Part shown: positions 1 through 12,509 of the stretch, one piece after another
Layout of the letters: each line of letters starts with the position of its first letter
Position numbering within the stretch: the stretch's first letter is position 1
Assembly: GCF_006345805.1 (NCBI RefSeq)
Contig: NC_043005.1
Location: forward strand, 56,172,001 to 56,236,000
Direction of reading: 5' to 3'
DNA: 64,000 nt
DNA from: Octopus sinensis
Taxonomy: Eukaryota
Position numbers and translations under genes: made by a program
Notes under the pieces: generated by a model
The model's database searches: none
The model's input: the letters and a program-made list of their open reading frames with translations, nothing else
Told to the model about the DNA's origin: nothing

Positions 1-515
1 CATCCCTGCAACCTCCCCACCCGAATGACATCTCTCTTTCACCCCTATGTTTCCTTTATTATAATTTCTATTCTGCCTCCTTGTACTATCAGACATCCCT
101 TACTTCACACATTCTCACCTCTCTCACCCACCCACTATTCCAAAATGTGAGTAGTCATGGTGTTCCTCAACAGCAAGAAACTTGTTCTGCTATGGGTTTT
201 TTTTTCTCTCTCTCTCTCTCTCTCTCTCATTTTACCCACCTCATTGTGCTTGGAGGATAAGAAGTATCTTACCCTCCAAGCTTTTCCTCCCTCAGACTTC
301 ATAATCTTGTAAGCTTTATAGCAAACTCACTAGTGCTGGTGATGTGTAAAAAAGCACCCAATACATGCTATAAAATGGTTGGCATTAGAAAAGACATCCA
401 GCCATAAAAACTATGCCAAAGCAGACACTAGAGCAGAATGTAGTCCTGAGACCTTTCAACTGTCAAACTGTCCAACCCATGTTAGCATGGAATATGGTCA
501 TTAAATAATGATGAT
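1..515 (+). mobile_element. Old RTE-tailed repeat with body, decayed
   Basis: ggttggcattagaaaagacatccagcc...tccaacccatgttagcatgg...(GAT)n. The body continues to the window edge. Confidence 0.65.
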
Positions 516-1751
516 GTGTATCCAGTTTATAGAAAAGTTGTGCTATATCCTTATATATTGAAAGAGATGGCCAAAAGGGTTGTCATTAAGAAAGACATCA
601 AAAAATGCCTCATCCAATCCATGGGAAGTAAATGTAAAAGCTATGATAATAAACAACAATGTGTGTATGTGTGTGTGTGGATGTATTTATGGATTTGAGT
701 GTGTCTGTATCTTTGTGATCTAACATAATTAATAGATAAAAAAAAAAGAAGAAATATCCTTCTTCTCCAGTTTTGAATTGAACAACCAAAACTAAAAGAG
801 GAACTGCAAAAGATGAGCAACAATGACTTAAACATACACATGGAAGACTTTTAATTTGTTGAAGGATTTCAAAAACTCTTAGCATGCTTGTCTCAGAAAG
901 CTTAAATTTCATTTTTGTATAGTGTTTCCTTATTCTTGTGAAATTTATTTTGATAAAATTTTACCAGTTAAAAGTTTAGAGAACTTCTATTCAAAGTCAA
1001 TTTTTTCACATAATGTACTATGGCTTAATGTCAAAATTAGTTTCACAATTCACATTTTAAGATGCAAAATTTTTGCAAGTATAGATAGTGCTAAACTGTA
1101 TTGTTCATATAAGATGCTACACTGATCTACTATTTCAGTTTGTAACAGTAGTTTATTTTTCCAGTTTCACTCAATGCAGCTCTGATAAATGTTAAATAAA
1201 GTTCATTAGTTGCATCTGTGTATATGGTACGTAATTCCTTTGTGTAATACTTTTAACAACTAGGTGCCATTAAAAAATGCAATTTTGATGTATCATACTT
1301 GTTAAGAATTTTTTTTTATTTCATTGTTACTTCTCACAAACTACTGTTTGGCTGAAAGGGATATACATTCAAAGGTTCCTCTCTATCATTGATTAATTTA
1401 TATATTTCCATGTAAGATTCTCTTCACAGCACTTATATGTAGAACCAGTTGTAAGTTTCACTAAAGATAGTCAATGTTGGGAGGTAATTCTTCAGTAGCG
1501 TGACAACATGCTAAATAGAAAGGGTGACAGATGCATTCTCTGATAATCAAGTTTGGAATCTTTTATTTCATTAATGTGTAGAGAGAATTATTCCCACATC
1601 ATTCAAGAACTTTAACATGACTTGATGCAACACTACAGTAATAGCTTTTAACTTTAAAAACTATGATGTGGTTTTATTTTGTCATCTATTGTAATATCTA
1701 TCACATCTGCACATAGATGCTTTCCACAAGCAATATCAGTCGACTACCAAA

Positions 1752-2034
1752 GTCGCCTTACTGGCACCTGTGCTGGTGGTATGTGTAAAAGGATTCGGGC
1801 GAGGTCGTTGCCAGTACCGCCTGACTGGCCCCTGTGCCGGTGGCACGTAAAAAGCGCCCGCTACACTCTCAGAGTGGTTGGCGTTAGGAAGGGCATCCAG
1901 CTGTAGAAACTCTACCAAATCGAGATTGGAGCCTGGTGCTGCCATCTGGTTTGCCAGCCCTCAGTCAAAATCGTCCAACCCATGCTAGCATGGAAAGCGG
2001 ACGTTAAACGATGATGATGGTGATGATGATGATG
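1752..2034 (+). mobile_element. SINE/LINE 3' part with RTE-type tail, young copy
   Basis: ggcgttaggaagggcatccagctgtagaaac...ccaacccatgctagcatggaaagcggacgttaaacg followed by a (GAT)n tail. CpGs retained. Confidence 0.85.
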
Positions 2035-3146
2035 ACCTCCAGAATCAAAAGAGAGCCTATTAATATGTCTTGCATTGGTTCTGTCAGTAAGGATGGTGCA
2101 ATAACATTTTTTTTATAAGTGGCATGCATTTTGTTCTCTGCCATTTCAAATCAGCCGCAATTGATGGATGAAAGAATTTCTTCATTAATAAGTTCTCATA
2201 AATGACTGGTACTGTGTATATCTACATGGCAAGTTACAAATACTACAAGCTATAGTTCTAATTTTGTTATTTTGCTTCTGGGAAAAAAATGCTTTGATAG
2301 TTTGGTTCAAATTTGAGTTTATTACAGCACTTTCTTTTGATGTTTAGCTGAAGAAGCATGCTTTGTCAAATTGGTTGTATAACTTCATATTTCAACATTG
2401 CACATGCTTACATAAAGTTTTATAGTTATTCATGTTTTATTTCTCTAACTCAAATTGAAAATTGCAGATAAGTGAGCCAGCATTTTTGAAACTTTTATTT
2501 CACTTTGACCGCTTGCTCATTGTGTAAATCGTATAGTTTTGGAAGAAATGAGATTAAAAAAAAATATTTAGTTTGTTCAGACTTCAGCCATGTAACTGAT
2601 TAACTACTGCCAACAGCTTCCAGTTCTCATACCAAGTAGCCTATATATGTTTGGTCAACACTCTAGAAATAGCAGCAGATTTTCCTTCAGTTTATATTTT
2701 GTCTTAAAGAAAAAAGGATACATTGAAAAAAATTAGATCATTTGGTTAAGATAATCTTTTAGTTCTGTCAACCTCCACTGTCAAAGTCTATACTTAAAGG
2801 ATATCTGTTGCCAAACATTGCTACCTATAGTGTCTACCTTCCAGTGTTTCAATCTTGGATTCAGTTATTCTGTATCATAATGTCATTAAAATATTATTAT
2901 TGTTATTATTCAGTTGTCTTATTTTTATCACATGCTTTCACTGCACTACCTAGTGCAACTCTGTGTCCCTTGAGTATGGGCTGTGGTTTGTTGTGGTGCT
3001 CTTATTTTCACTATTGAAAGTGCTTTACGTAGGATGTGTGCAGTACCTGGTAATGCTATTTTCTGTATGTTATATACATTCGTAAGTCCTGATGTTTGGA
3101 TAAGTATTTGCCTGAATGTCTTTTGTTATCATTATTATTACATGCA

Positions 3147-3345
3147 AGGCAGTGAGCTGAGCTGACAGAATCGTTAGCATTCTGAGCCAAATGCTTGGAA
3201 GCATTCTGTGTTCAAATTTCACTGAATTTGACTTTGCATTTCATCCTTTCAGGGTTGATAAAATAAGCACCAGTTAAGCACAGGGATCAATGTAATTAAC
3301 TAGTCTCCTCCCACAAAATTTCATGCCTTGTACCAATAAGAAGCA
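3147..3345 (+). mobile_element. SINE family B (gagttcaaat...gactttgcctttcatcctttc core)
   Basis: ggcagtgagctg...gttcaaatttc...tttgcatttcatcctttcagggttgataaaataagcaccag. Further decayed copies at about 3850-3940, 9975-10320 (two), 15680-15890, 19018-19180, 25195-25330, 29925-30120 and 35130-35260 (+), and 33200-33350 and 50030-50180 (-). Confidence 0.75.
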
Positions 3346-4081
3346 GTTATTTATTACATGTGGTCTCTCTAATGTTCACAGCCATTACAAGGAAGGTAAT
3401 CATTTTGTCATAATACGAAGCAGGATTAGAAATTTGAAATTGAAATTAAGGAATTATGCTTAGAATTCATTTTAATATTGTTTGCTTAATATAAGAGTTA
3501 AAATTAATTTTAAACATTATTGAAATAATTTTACATTGAATTTATGAAGAAAATATCTTTAAATTATATGCACCTGTTATGAATGCATGAACAATTTGTT
3601 CATAACATATAATTGATAATGTTATAGAAGCTATTGTATGATGCAATCAGCAATAAATCATCAATAATGCAAGTAGATTTCAATAGAAAGTACAAGTACT
3701 TGGAATTTTATATAATCGGTCCTTCTTAATTTATGCATTACTTTTCCAAACTGTTTTAATAGATTCTATATTATACCATTTAATTCAGCATAATTAAAAT
3801 GGTAAATTGAGTCATTTAAGAACATCAAAAAGAAGGTCAAAGAATGCCTGGTGGTGTTTGTTCTAATTCTCTATACTCTGAGTTCAAATGCTGTCAATGG
3901 CAACTTTGCCTTTCTTCTTTTCAAGGTCAATAAGAAAAAAACCCAGCCCAGGTCAATGCAGTAGCAGAACTCCAAGAATGTCAAATTAGATGCCTTGCAG
4001 TATTTGTTCTTTCTCATTTACTCAAAATTCAAATCCCTCCATGACCTATTTAGGTGGTAGATATAAATTAAGCATTTAGTT

Positions 4082-4400
4082 CAGTGGTTTTCAACTGGAG
4101 TCCATATGACCTTTAAGGGTCCACACAAGATTTTCTTGTTAAAATTTATGTTCTATAAATTGCTTATACTTTTACAATACACAAAATATTTTAGCCATTC
4201 TTTTTATACAATTCCTAATAATATTTAACTAGCTGGACCGATGAAAAATTCACAGAAAACGTAAAAAATATAAGTGTCTGTAAATTGTGTGCTAGTGCCA
4301 TGAGAGACGTTTGTGTATTGTGACATTTACAGTAATATCCAATATTGGCTGAGGACCCAGTATATAGAATATGGTAATTAATTATATTGTAGGAACGTAA
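4082..4400. mobile_element. hAT-like terminus / non-autonomous DNA transposon remnant
   Basis: Starts CAGTGGTTTTCAAC (hAT-like terminus). The downstream 100 bp recurs at about 12160-12260. The second terminus was not found. Confidence 0.35.
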
Positions 4401-4618
4401 TAGTAACTTCCAATATTTTCTGTGGATATGTATCTGTCTACTCTGAAAATACTGATAAACATTTAAAAACACAAAACAAGCACCACCTTTCTTTCAGTTA
4501 CCACTCACACTCTGTCTCACTCACTCTCTGTCCCTCCTCTCTCTCGCTTTACTGCTCACTTCAAGTAACTAAAATTCTTCAAGGTGGTGCCCCAGCATGG
4601 CCACAGTCCAATGACTGA

Positions 4619-4656
<38 letters not shown>

Positions 4657-6459
4657 AAAGCCACACAGAAGATAAAGTATTCAAACAATGAGATTGGTAG
4701 AACATTTGTGATTAAAGTGTGGGATTACTAACCACATGTACAAGAGGTGAAGTCTTACTACAGCCACTCTGTTTGCATTCTGGATTATATATTTATCTAA
4801 TAACTATTGGTGGAAGGGAAAGTAAGTAGGAGGGGGTTAAAATTAATTCATTTAATCTTAGCCTTATATTAATTCTTTTTTGTTTTTAATAAATTCTAAT
4901 GAAGTTTTCAGATTTGTAACCAGCTTCGTTTACTAAGGAATTGGATAGTTTAAACACTAAAGAATATTTTTTAATCCTTGATTTGATTAAATTAACTGGA
5001 TAAAACTTTGATTAAATTAATAATGCTTAATATTAAAATTACTATACATATTACTTTTTGTTATTGTTTGTGATTTCATTCCACACAACTATGATTCAAA
5101 ACATTTTTCTTTTTCTCTCCTCTTCTATCTATTCTCCTTCTCTCTTGGATACTCAAATTTTTGATGAATTCAATTAATCTTACAATTGTATTCTTTATGT
5201 GAAATGTTTTGTTTTTAGTAACAGAAAGCTATTAAGAAGTCTGTGTTTATGTTTATTTTATTGCTGAATCTTTATGGTGATTTACAAAACAGTTGCCCAG
5301 TGGAATAGCTTCGTTTGTTTTGTTTTGTTTTGTTTTTTTGTTTTTTTTTTTAATATATTCTTTCTAGATGCAAACTTGTCAGCAACATTGTTTTTTTATA
5401 AATGATGCCAGTTAAATAGTTTTTCGAAGGAAACAGTTTCTGTGTCTTTGTGTAATGTTTTCTGTATTCTTGCTGTCTGCTCTCCCCAGAGTGCTTCATT
5501 CTTTCTATAGGTTTCAAAGAATCTATTGGTTGATTGCTTTTTTTTGTTTTTGTTTTATCTCATAAACTGAATATAAAAAATAGAAATTAAAATGAAAAGT
5601 TGAGAGTGATAAACTTAAACTCCCATCCAATTTAACAATACCTCCTTTACCTTGGGTTCCTTTAGCATCCTGGTCTAAGGATAATTTTCTCTCACCCCCA
5701 CCAGTGACAGGGGTACAGAAAAGGATCATTGTTGGTATTAAAACATGTAGAGACAAAACAGTCAAGTGGATTCCTTTAGGGTTGAGAGTTCAAATCCATT
5801 ACAAGTATTATCTGAACAGGTCACTTAATTCTATATACCTTAGCATAACTATCGAAGTAGATTCCAAGCTTTTGGAGATGTAAATTACATGAAATCAGCT
5901 ATCATTTCACCCAAGAGACAATGTATCAATCATCCACATAATGCCCCAGAAACTGGTGTTGAGATCTAGTTCTGTGAGTATTTATGCTTGGATTCACTCA
6001 CTTAAATCTGGTATCTGCTTTTATTCTTCTCTCCACCGACACCTTTTCTATTATGTGATATTTAACAACTCCTTGTTTGTTTTTTTTTTTATCCTCTTTT
6101 AATTTCATTCTTTATATCTAAATTTCTTATTTTGCATTGTGATTTATCTGCGTATCTGGAACACCTTTCATCTAGACCACACCTTTGCATCTTTAACAGA
6201 AAGGACTTATTGAATGATGTCGTCCTAGATATATTAAATAACAAGCAAAAAAAATGGTCACAAAGAGAACACCTTTGATCACTTCTGTACCCAAACTCAG
6301 CTGATCTAAAGCTAAGCAAAGAAACCAAAATACAAATGGTTTAAAAGTACATTTGTGTAGTGTCTTGTCTAATATCTAACTCATTAACTATTTACTATAT
6401 TATTGCTGTTAAATTTTTATACACTTGAATAATATATATTGTTTATTATCTAACTCTTT

Positions 6460-6615
6460 AACTTTATGCAGATGAGTATATGTCTGTATATGTACATATG
6501 TACATGTATGTATATGTGCATATGTATATAAATGTGGATATATGTACATATATGTATTTGTGCATATGTACATAAATGTATGTATATACATATGTACATG
6601 TATGTGTGTTTGTAT
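6460..6615. repeat. Compound ATGT/ACAT low-complexity tract
   Basis: Nearly uninterrupted alternating purine-pyrimidine sequence. Confidence 0.85.
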
Positions 6616-7677
6616 GTTTGAATAGTTTAAACAAAAATTGTCTTTGGAGTTGAATGACTGGTCTGTTTGAATGCTAAAAGTTTGCATATATTTAAAGAGA
6701 GAGTAATAGAAAATAGATTAGTAGACAGATACCTAAACATCTACAAATATTCGGTATTTTGAAGTTGAACAGAATGTTTAAAGTGTAAAGTATTTTGAGA
6801 CAAATTGATACATTAACATAAAATTCCAGTAAGCAAACGCTGTAATCCGTATGCTAAGATCATTCTTCAAAGACTAGACATGTTTTTATATGCACACATT
6901 ACACACACACACAAAAGCACTCACACTCCAAAACTCACACACACACACACATACACTCTCTCTTTCTCTCTCTCTCTCTTTCTTTGAGTCACCCACGTAA
7001 ATGTTATACTAAGTGATAAAGGCAATAATTGAGGTTTATATTAATATTGATGTAAGTCAATTGCCTAGTCTGGTATAGATGTTAACTGAATTGAATGGTG
7101 GATAAATTTACAACACTAAGTTTTGACTTTAAATAGAAAGTTATTTTGACTTTTACAAATTTATTATATAACTAACTGCTCATATGGATAAGATTAGTAG
7201 TAATAATAATAATAATCATATACTGCATTCCTTGCTATGCTACATAAAGAATATTTTTGATCTTTAATAATTTCAACCTCTCTCTCTCTTTTTTGCCTTT
7301 CCCTTTCATTTTCTCACAGTTTCTCTCCTTCTCTCACTGTCTCCCTGCCCCCTCCCCCTCATATATTCTCTTCAACAGTTTCTGTACTGTGTATAAGTAA
7401 TGCTCAATGTACATTATTTGAATTTTGTATCACAGTTTGTACAGTTTTGCAGAGTGCTATTGGTTACAGATTTCCATCAGGCCAACCACCAGTTCACTGT
7501 ATCTCTTTTCTTTTGGCAAAAGTATCTCTAACTCAGTGCTGAACAAGTATCTTAAGGGACTTCATATATAAAGTGTCACTTTTGCTTTGGATAAGGGATG
7601 GTGATTCTTGCTAACATTTATATCCTTTGTCAATAATTTTGCAAAGCACTCACCCATACATATATTTACACATACCC

Positions 7678-8081
7678 GCTGTTCATGAGGAGACCGATTG
7701 AGTCAAGTACGTCAGCACCAACATCAAAATAAAAATCAAATGGAATTTGTAGTTAAGATACCCGTGCCGGTGACATGTAAAATGCACTGTCCGAACGTGG
7801 CAGATGCCAGCGCCACCTGACTGGCGTCTGTGTTGGTGGCACGTAAAAAGCACCAACCGTTTGTGGCTGTTTGCCAGCCTCCTCTGGTCCCTGTGCCGGT
7901 GGCATGTAAAAAGCACCCACTACACTCACGGAGTGGTTGGTGTTAGGAAGGGCATCCAGCTGTAGAAACAACTGCCAGATCAGACTGGAGTCTGGTGCAG
8001 CCTCCTGGCTTCCCAGACCCCGGTCAAACCATCCAACCCATGCTAGCATAGAAAGTGGATATTAAACGATGATGATGATGA
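7678..8081 (+). mobile_element. RTE-tailed repeat, same family
   Basis: Same tail and (GAT)n, with three internal subrepeats. Confidence 0.85.
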
Positions 8082-9184
8082 CATATACAGTAAGCATCCA
8101 TGAAGTTATGAGAAAATTCCACTTTCAGCATGGAGGTCAGTGTAAAATTTTAGTAGAAGACATCTGTCTAGGTGCCCTGCAGTAGGACTGAACTTGGACC
8201 CAAATGGTTGCTAAGCAAACTTCTGAACCCGTACAGCTGTGTGTGAAAATAAGTTTGAAGTACAGTGTATATGAGTTGTTAAAGTATTACCAGTGTAGGT
8301 GTATTGTAGCTGAATAACATTACAGATCGATTGACTTTGTCTTATTGTTCAGATTGTTTGGTATTTGCTGTGTACATTATTCTTTCAATACATTTCTATT
8401 AATTTCAATCATAGGTATTTATACATAGGTCTTTCTAGAATGAATTCATTTCACTGCATGACAATAATAGTTAAGATACCCGTGCCGGTGACATGTAAAA
8501 TGCACTGTCCGAACGTGGCAGATGCCACAGCGCCACCTGACTGGCGTCTGTGTGGTGCACGTAAAAGCACCAACCGTTCTTGGCTGTTTGCAGCCTCCCT
8601 CTGGTCCCTGTGCCGGTGGCATGTAAAAAGCACCCACTACTCACGGAGTGGTTGGTGTTAGGAAGGCACACCAGCTGTAGAAACAACTGCCAGATCAGAC
8701 TGGCGTCTGGTGCACAGCCTCCTGGCTTCCCAGACCCCGTCAAACCATCCAACCCATGCTAGCATAGAAAGTGGATATTAAACGATATGATGAATGACAT
8801 ATACAGTAAGCATCCATGAAGTTATGAGAAAATTCCACTTTCAGCATGGAGGTCAGTGTAAAATTTTAGTAGAAGACATCTGTCTAGTGCCCTGCAGTAG
8901 GACTGAACTTGGACCCAAATGGTTGTGCTAAGCAAACTTCTGAACCCGTACAGCTGTGTGTGAAAATAAGTTTGAAGTACAGTGTATATGTGTTTTTTAA
9001 GTATTACCAGTGTAGGTGTATTGTAGCTGAATAACATTACAGATCGATTGACTTTGTCTTATTGTTCAGATTGTTTGGTATTTGCTGTGTACATTATTCT
9101 TTCAATACATTTCTATTAATTTCAATCATAGGTATTTATACATAGGTCTTTCTAGAATGAATTCATTTCACTGCATGACAATAA
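7750..9184. repeat. 718-bp head-to-tail tandem duplication (probable assembly artefact)
   Basis: Copy 1 is 7750-8467 and copy 2 is 8468-9184. Differences are dominated by 1-2 bp indels. Confidence 0.9.
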
Positions 9185-10325
9185 AAACCACAAATAACAA
9201 TGCTAAGAGGTGACAAGTGTATAACTAGGAATATAGTTCTCAAAAATGATTTCTCTTGTGACTGCTCCTGCAGCACAGCATATGTGGACATTGCATCATC
9301 TCCTGAATTAACACTTCAGAAAAGATACAATTTCAACAGAAATTATACATTTCATAGTTTTCTATTAACTTTCAACAATATTATAGTTTTCAAAGCAACT
9401 ATGGAATTTCTATAGTTACTGTTAGTTTTAAAGACAAGGAAACTAATACAATAACTTTGATTCATATCATTGTAAACAAGAGTACAAGATGAAATAGCAG
9501 AGTACAATATTGTACTTTCATACATCACTGGTTTAATTTCATATCACCTATGAATTGATTCTTACTAAGGTCCCTCAGATCAGTGCTGATTGAGAACATA
9601 TCTATGATTAAAGGCTATCTATGACCCCCTCCATTGTTTTCTATGTTGGAGACTACATTGTCATTACTAATTTAAGCTTGTAGAATGTATTTTTAGGGAG
9701 ATTTGGCTGCTATTTATTACATAGACACAATTGTTGTTCCATGCGTATACTAAAGTTGACCTTGTCAACCATTTATATTTCTGTGTGAAATTCAGCATGA
9801 TTCCTAATCAAGAGAAATCCTTATTATTAATTGGGAGTAAGGTAACGGGTTAGCAGTATCAATTAAGTGTCATACAAAATAATTTGCTGTATTTTTGACA
9901 CTTTACATTTTGAGTTTAACTCACATCAAGGTTAACTTTGATTTTCATACTTCCTAGACCAGTAAAATAAAGTACCAGAAAGTGTTAGAAACAATACCTT
10001 GCAGTATCTGTTTTGGCTCTTTGTGTTTTGAGTTCAAATCCTGCTAAGGTCAACTCTGATTTCCATTCTTCCAAGGCCAGTAAAATAAACTATCAGTTGA
10101 GTACTGGGATCAAATTGACTAAACCCTTTCTCACAAATTTCTTGCCTTGTGCTTATATATTAGGAAAAAAATTATAAATAGGTAGTGGGTAGGCAAGATT
10201 GTTAGTGTTGTAATATGTAGTTGCAACCCTTTGGATTCTAAGCTCAAATCCTACTGAGGTCAACTTTGCCCATGGTTGATTAAATAAAATACAGTTAAGT
10301 ACTGGAGCTGATTTAATTGAGTATA

Positions 10326-11181
10326 CAAGGTACATTCCAGAAGTTTACAGACTTTTTCCGGAGAGACATTTATTAATTTCATAGTACAGAACTCTAATCT
10401 CCTTCAGAGTAAGATTTTCTGACTTTGTTGCACTTATTTTAGCACTCCAACCACTTCATAAAGGCCCAATGGGATAGCTCCAAAGTGAAGCTGTCTAGGA
10501 CCCCTATCACAGCCTCCTTCATCTCCAAAATGATTGGCTCTGAAGTTCTTCAGCTTAGAGAACAACTAAAAGTTGCAGGGAGCAATGTTTGAACTGTAGA
10601 ATGGGTAAGGGACAGTTTTGATGCTCATCACTGAGCACTCTGGGAAGCAATTTTGCACAAATTTGGTACATGTTTAGATCTTCATAGATAATTCAATTTA
10701 CAGTTGCTACACTAACTCCAAGCTGTATGCCTATTGTCTTCATAGATACACCATGGTCTTCATCCAGAAAAATGCAAATTTTTTCAACCAGCTCTGATGT
10801 TCTGACTTCCCTCTCTCACCAAAACCTCTTGTCACTCACCTCCTCTCTACCGTCCTTGAAACTTTTCTACCAGTGAAAAAGTTAATCCATATCAATCTGG
10901 AGTATTTCATAAAATGAAGCATTTTTCCCCCCTTGTTTAACACAAAAATGACCTTCCAAACATTTTGATTGCATTCTATAAACTTGTCAGCTATAACAAA
11001 TGTTTAGTAGGGTGTGTTCAAAGTGCTCTTACAGCTGTCTCCTTCAATTTGGAATAATAAAAGTTAGCAGGTCAGCTTCTTAGATGTATGGTAATGATAT
11101 ACTATAATTACAATAATCTAGGACAGTTGTAACAGCTTTTCCTAAAAAAAAAATGTCTCAAAACTTCTGGAACACACCACA
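10326..11181 (-). mobile_element. Internally deleted, degenerate mariner (Tc1/mariner) transposon
   Basis: TA at 10324-10325 and 11182-11183. Imperfect TIRs (CAAGGTACATTCCAGAAGTTT vs TGTGGTGTGTTCCAGAAGTTT). Minus-strand remnants W*KSFKDGREEVSD, ELVEKICIFLDEDHGVSMKTIGIQLGVSVATVN*IIYEDLNMYQICAKLLPRVLSDEHQ (WVPxxL equivalent), then PYPFYSSNIAPCNF*LFSKLK (YSPDLAPxD equivalent). Confidence 0.85.
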
Positions 11182-11199
11182 TACATTCCTAATGTAAAT

Positions 11200-11665
11200 T
11201 TGTGGTCTTTTGCTAATGCGAAAAATCATTAATAATTTATATTAAAGACTATGGATGCACAGGAAGTTTTGTGGGATCACAGACAAGCTGACTGAGAAAT
11301 TAGACAGATTGGAATAGTTAGTCATAATATACACAAAATAAACTCTTTGAAATCTTTGAAAAGCTCACTATATATAGTTGATAGCTTTTCTTACTTAGTT
11401 TTCTTAATTAACAGTGAAAGTGGGTGTACAAAAAGCATAATAGTTAGAATAAGAGCAAGCAATGTGGGGGAAAGTTCCTCTGCAACAGAGGCTTCTCTTT
11501 CAGAGTGAAGGACAGCCTGTATGATGCTTATGTATGAAGTGTGATGCTCACGGTAGCAAAACATGGGATTTGAACGTAGAAGGTTGTCAAAGACTAGATA
11601 GAAATGAAGTGAGCATTCTTCACTGGATGTATAATGTTTATGAGCATCAAGGACTAGAGGATGTT
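11200..11665 (+). mobile_element. RTE-clade LINE reverse-transcriptase C-terminal fragment, decayed
   Basis: Frameshifted remnants LWMHRKFCGITDKLTEK, IVDSFSYL, SGCTKSIIVRIRA, GFSFRVKDSLYDAYV, HGSKTWDLNVEGCQRLDRNEVSILHWMYNV resemble RTE RT (VVDSFxYLG...KGRLYxACVRxAMLHGSETW...RLERNExSMLRWMCNV). Confidence 0.75.
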
Positions 11666-12277
11666 GAAGAAGCAGAACTTTGTGTACTCAGACAAATTTA
11701 TATTTTGCACTTGTGGTTCAACTGGTGACTAATGAACCCAGCTTGTGATGAACATACACATCCACAGATACTGTAGACCAATCTTCTTCCATTCAGGACA
11801 GTGGTGATGCATTTTTGAGCAGCTCACTTAAATTCTGCATGAAATATAAATACACACAGAGTAACTAATATATAATTGTCTGTGTATTTCTGAATGCTTT
11901 TAATAGTGCTATTTCTTTATTGTTATTCAGCTCAGGTTATGCTTGAGTGAGCAAGCATGATCAAAGGCTTCCTATTGTACCTACCATTACATCTTTTATT
12001 TGGACATAATGTATCTAGGACACAATTAAGCAATGCGTTTCCATTTTCAAGATGACACAATGTACTGTTGGGCAAATTTTACAATTATTTGTAACATGCT
12101 GTGCATCACACAGAGGCTCATTTATTGGCTTACGGTTTCATTATAGTTTGTCTAAACCAAGGCTCCACATGACAACTTGAGTGTCCATATAAGATTTTGT
12201 GGTAAAAATTTATGTGCAATAAAATGGTCATACTTCTACAATACACAAAATAATTAACAATCTCTTTTTACTTTTTT

Positions 12278-12500
12278 ACTTGTTTCACTCATTTGACTGT
12301 GGCCATGCTGGAGCACCGCCTTTAGTCGAGGAAATCGACCCCAGGACTTATTCTTTGTAAGCCTAGTACTTATTCTATCGGTCGCTTTTACCGAACCACT
12401 AAGTTACGGGGACGTAAACACACTATCATCGGTTGTCAAGCGATGTTGGGAGAACAAACACAGACACACAAACATATACACACACATACATACTTATATA
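12278..12500 (-). mobile_element. SINE family A, 3' half, antisense
   Basis: ttttacttgtttcactcatttgactgtggccatgctggagcaccgcc..., interrupted at its microsatellite by the 12510-13456 element. Confidence 0.75.
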
Positions 12501-12509
12501 TATATATAT

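Noticed and set aside
3372-3401. ATG...AAG|gtaatc (MFTAITRK) as phase-0 first exon
   Set aside because: Directly abuts a SINE tail, has no acceptor or promoter support, and such strings are expected by chance.
7761-8640. CRISPR-like repeat-spacer pattern
   Set aside because: Eukaryotic context, no cas genes, degenerate units internal to a dispersed retroelement, and doubled by the 718-bp duplication.
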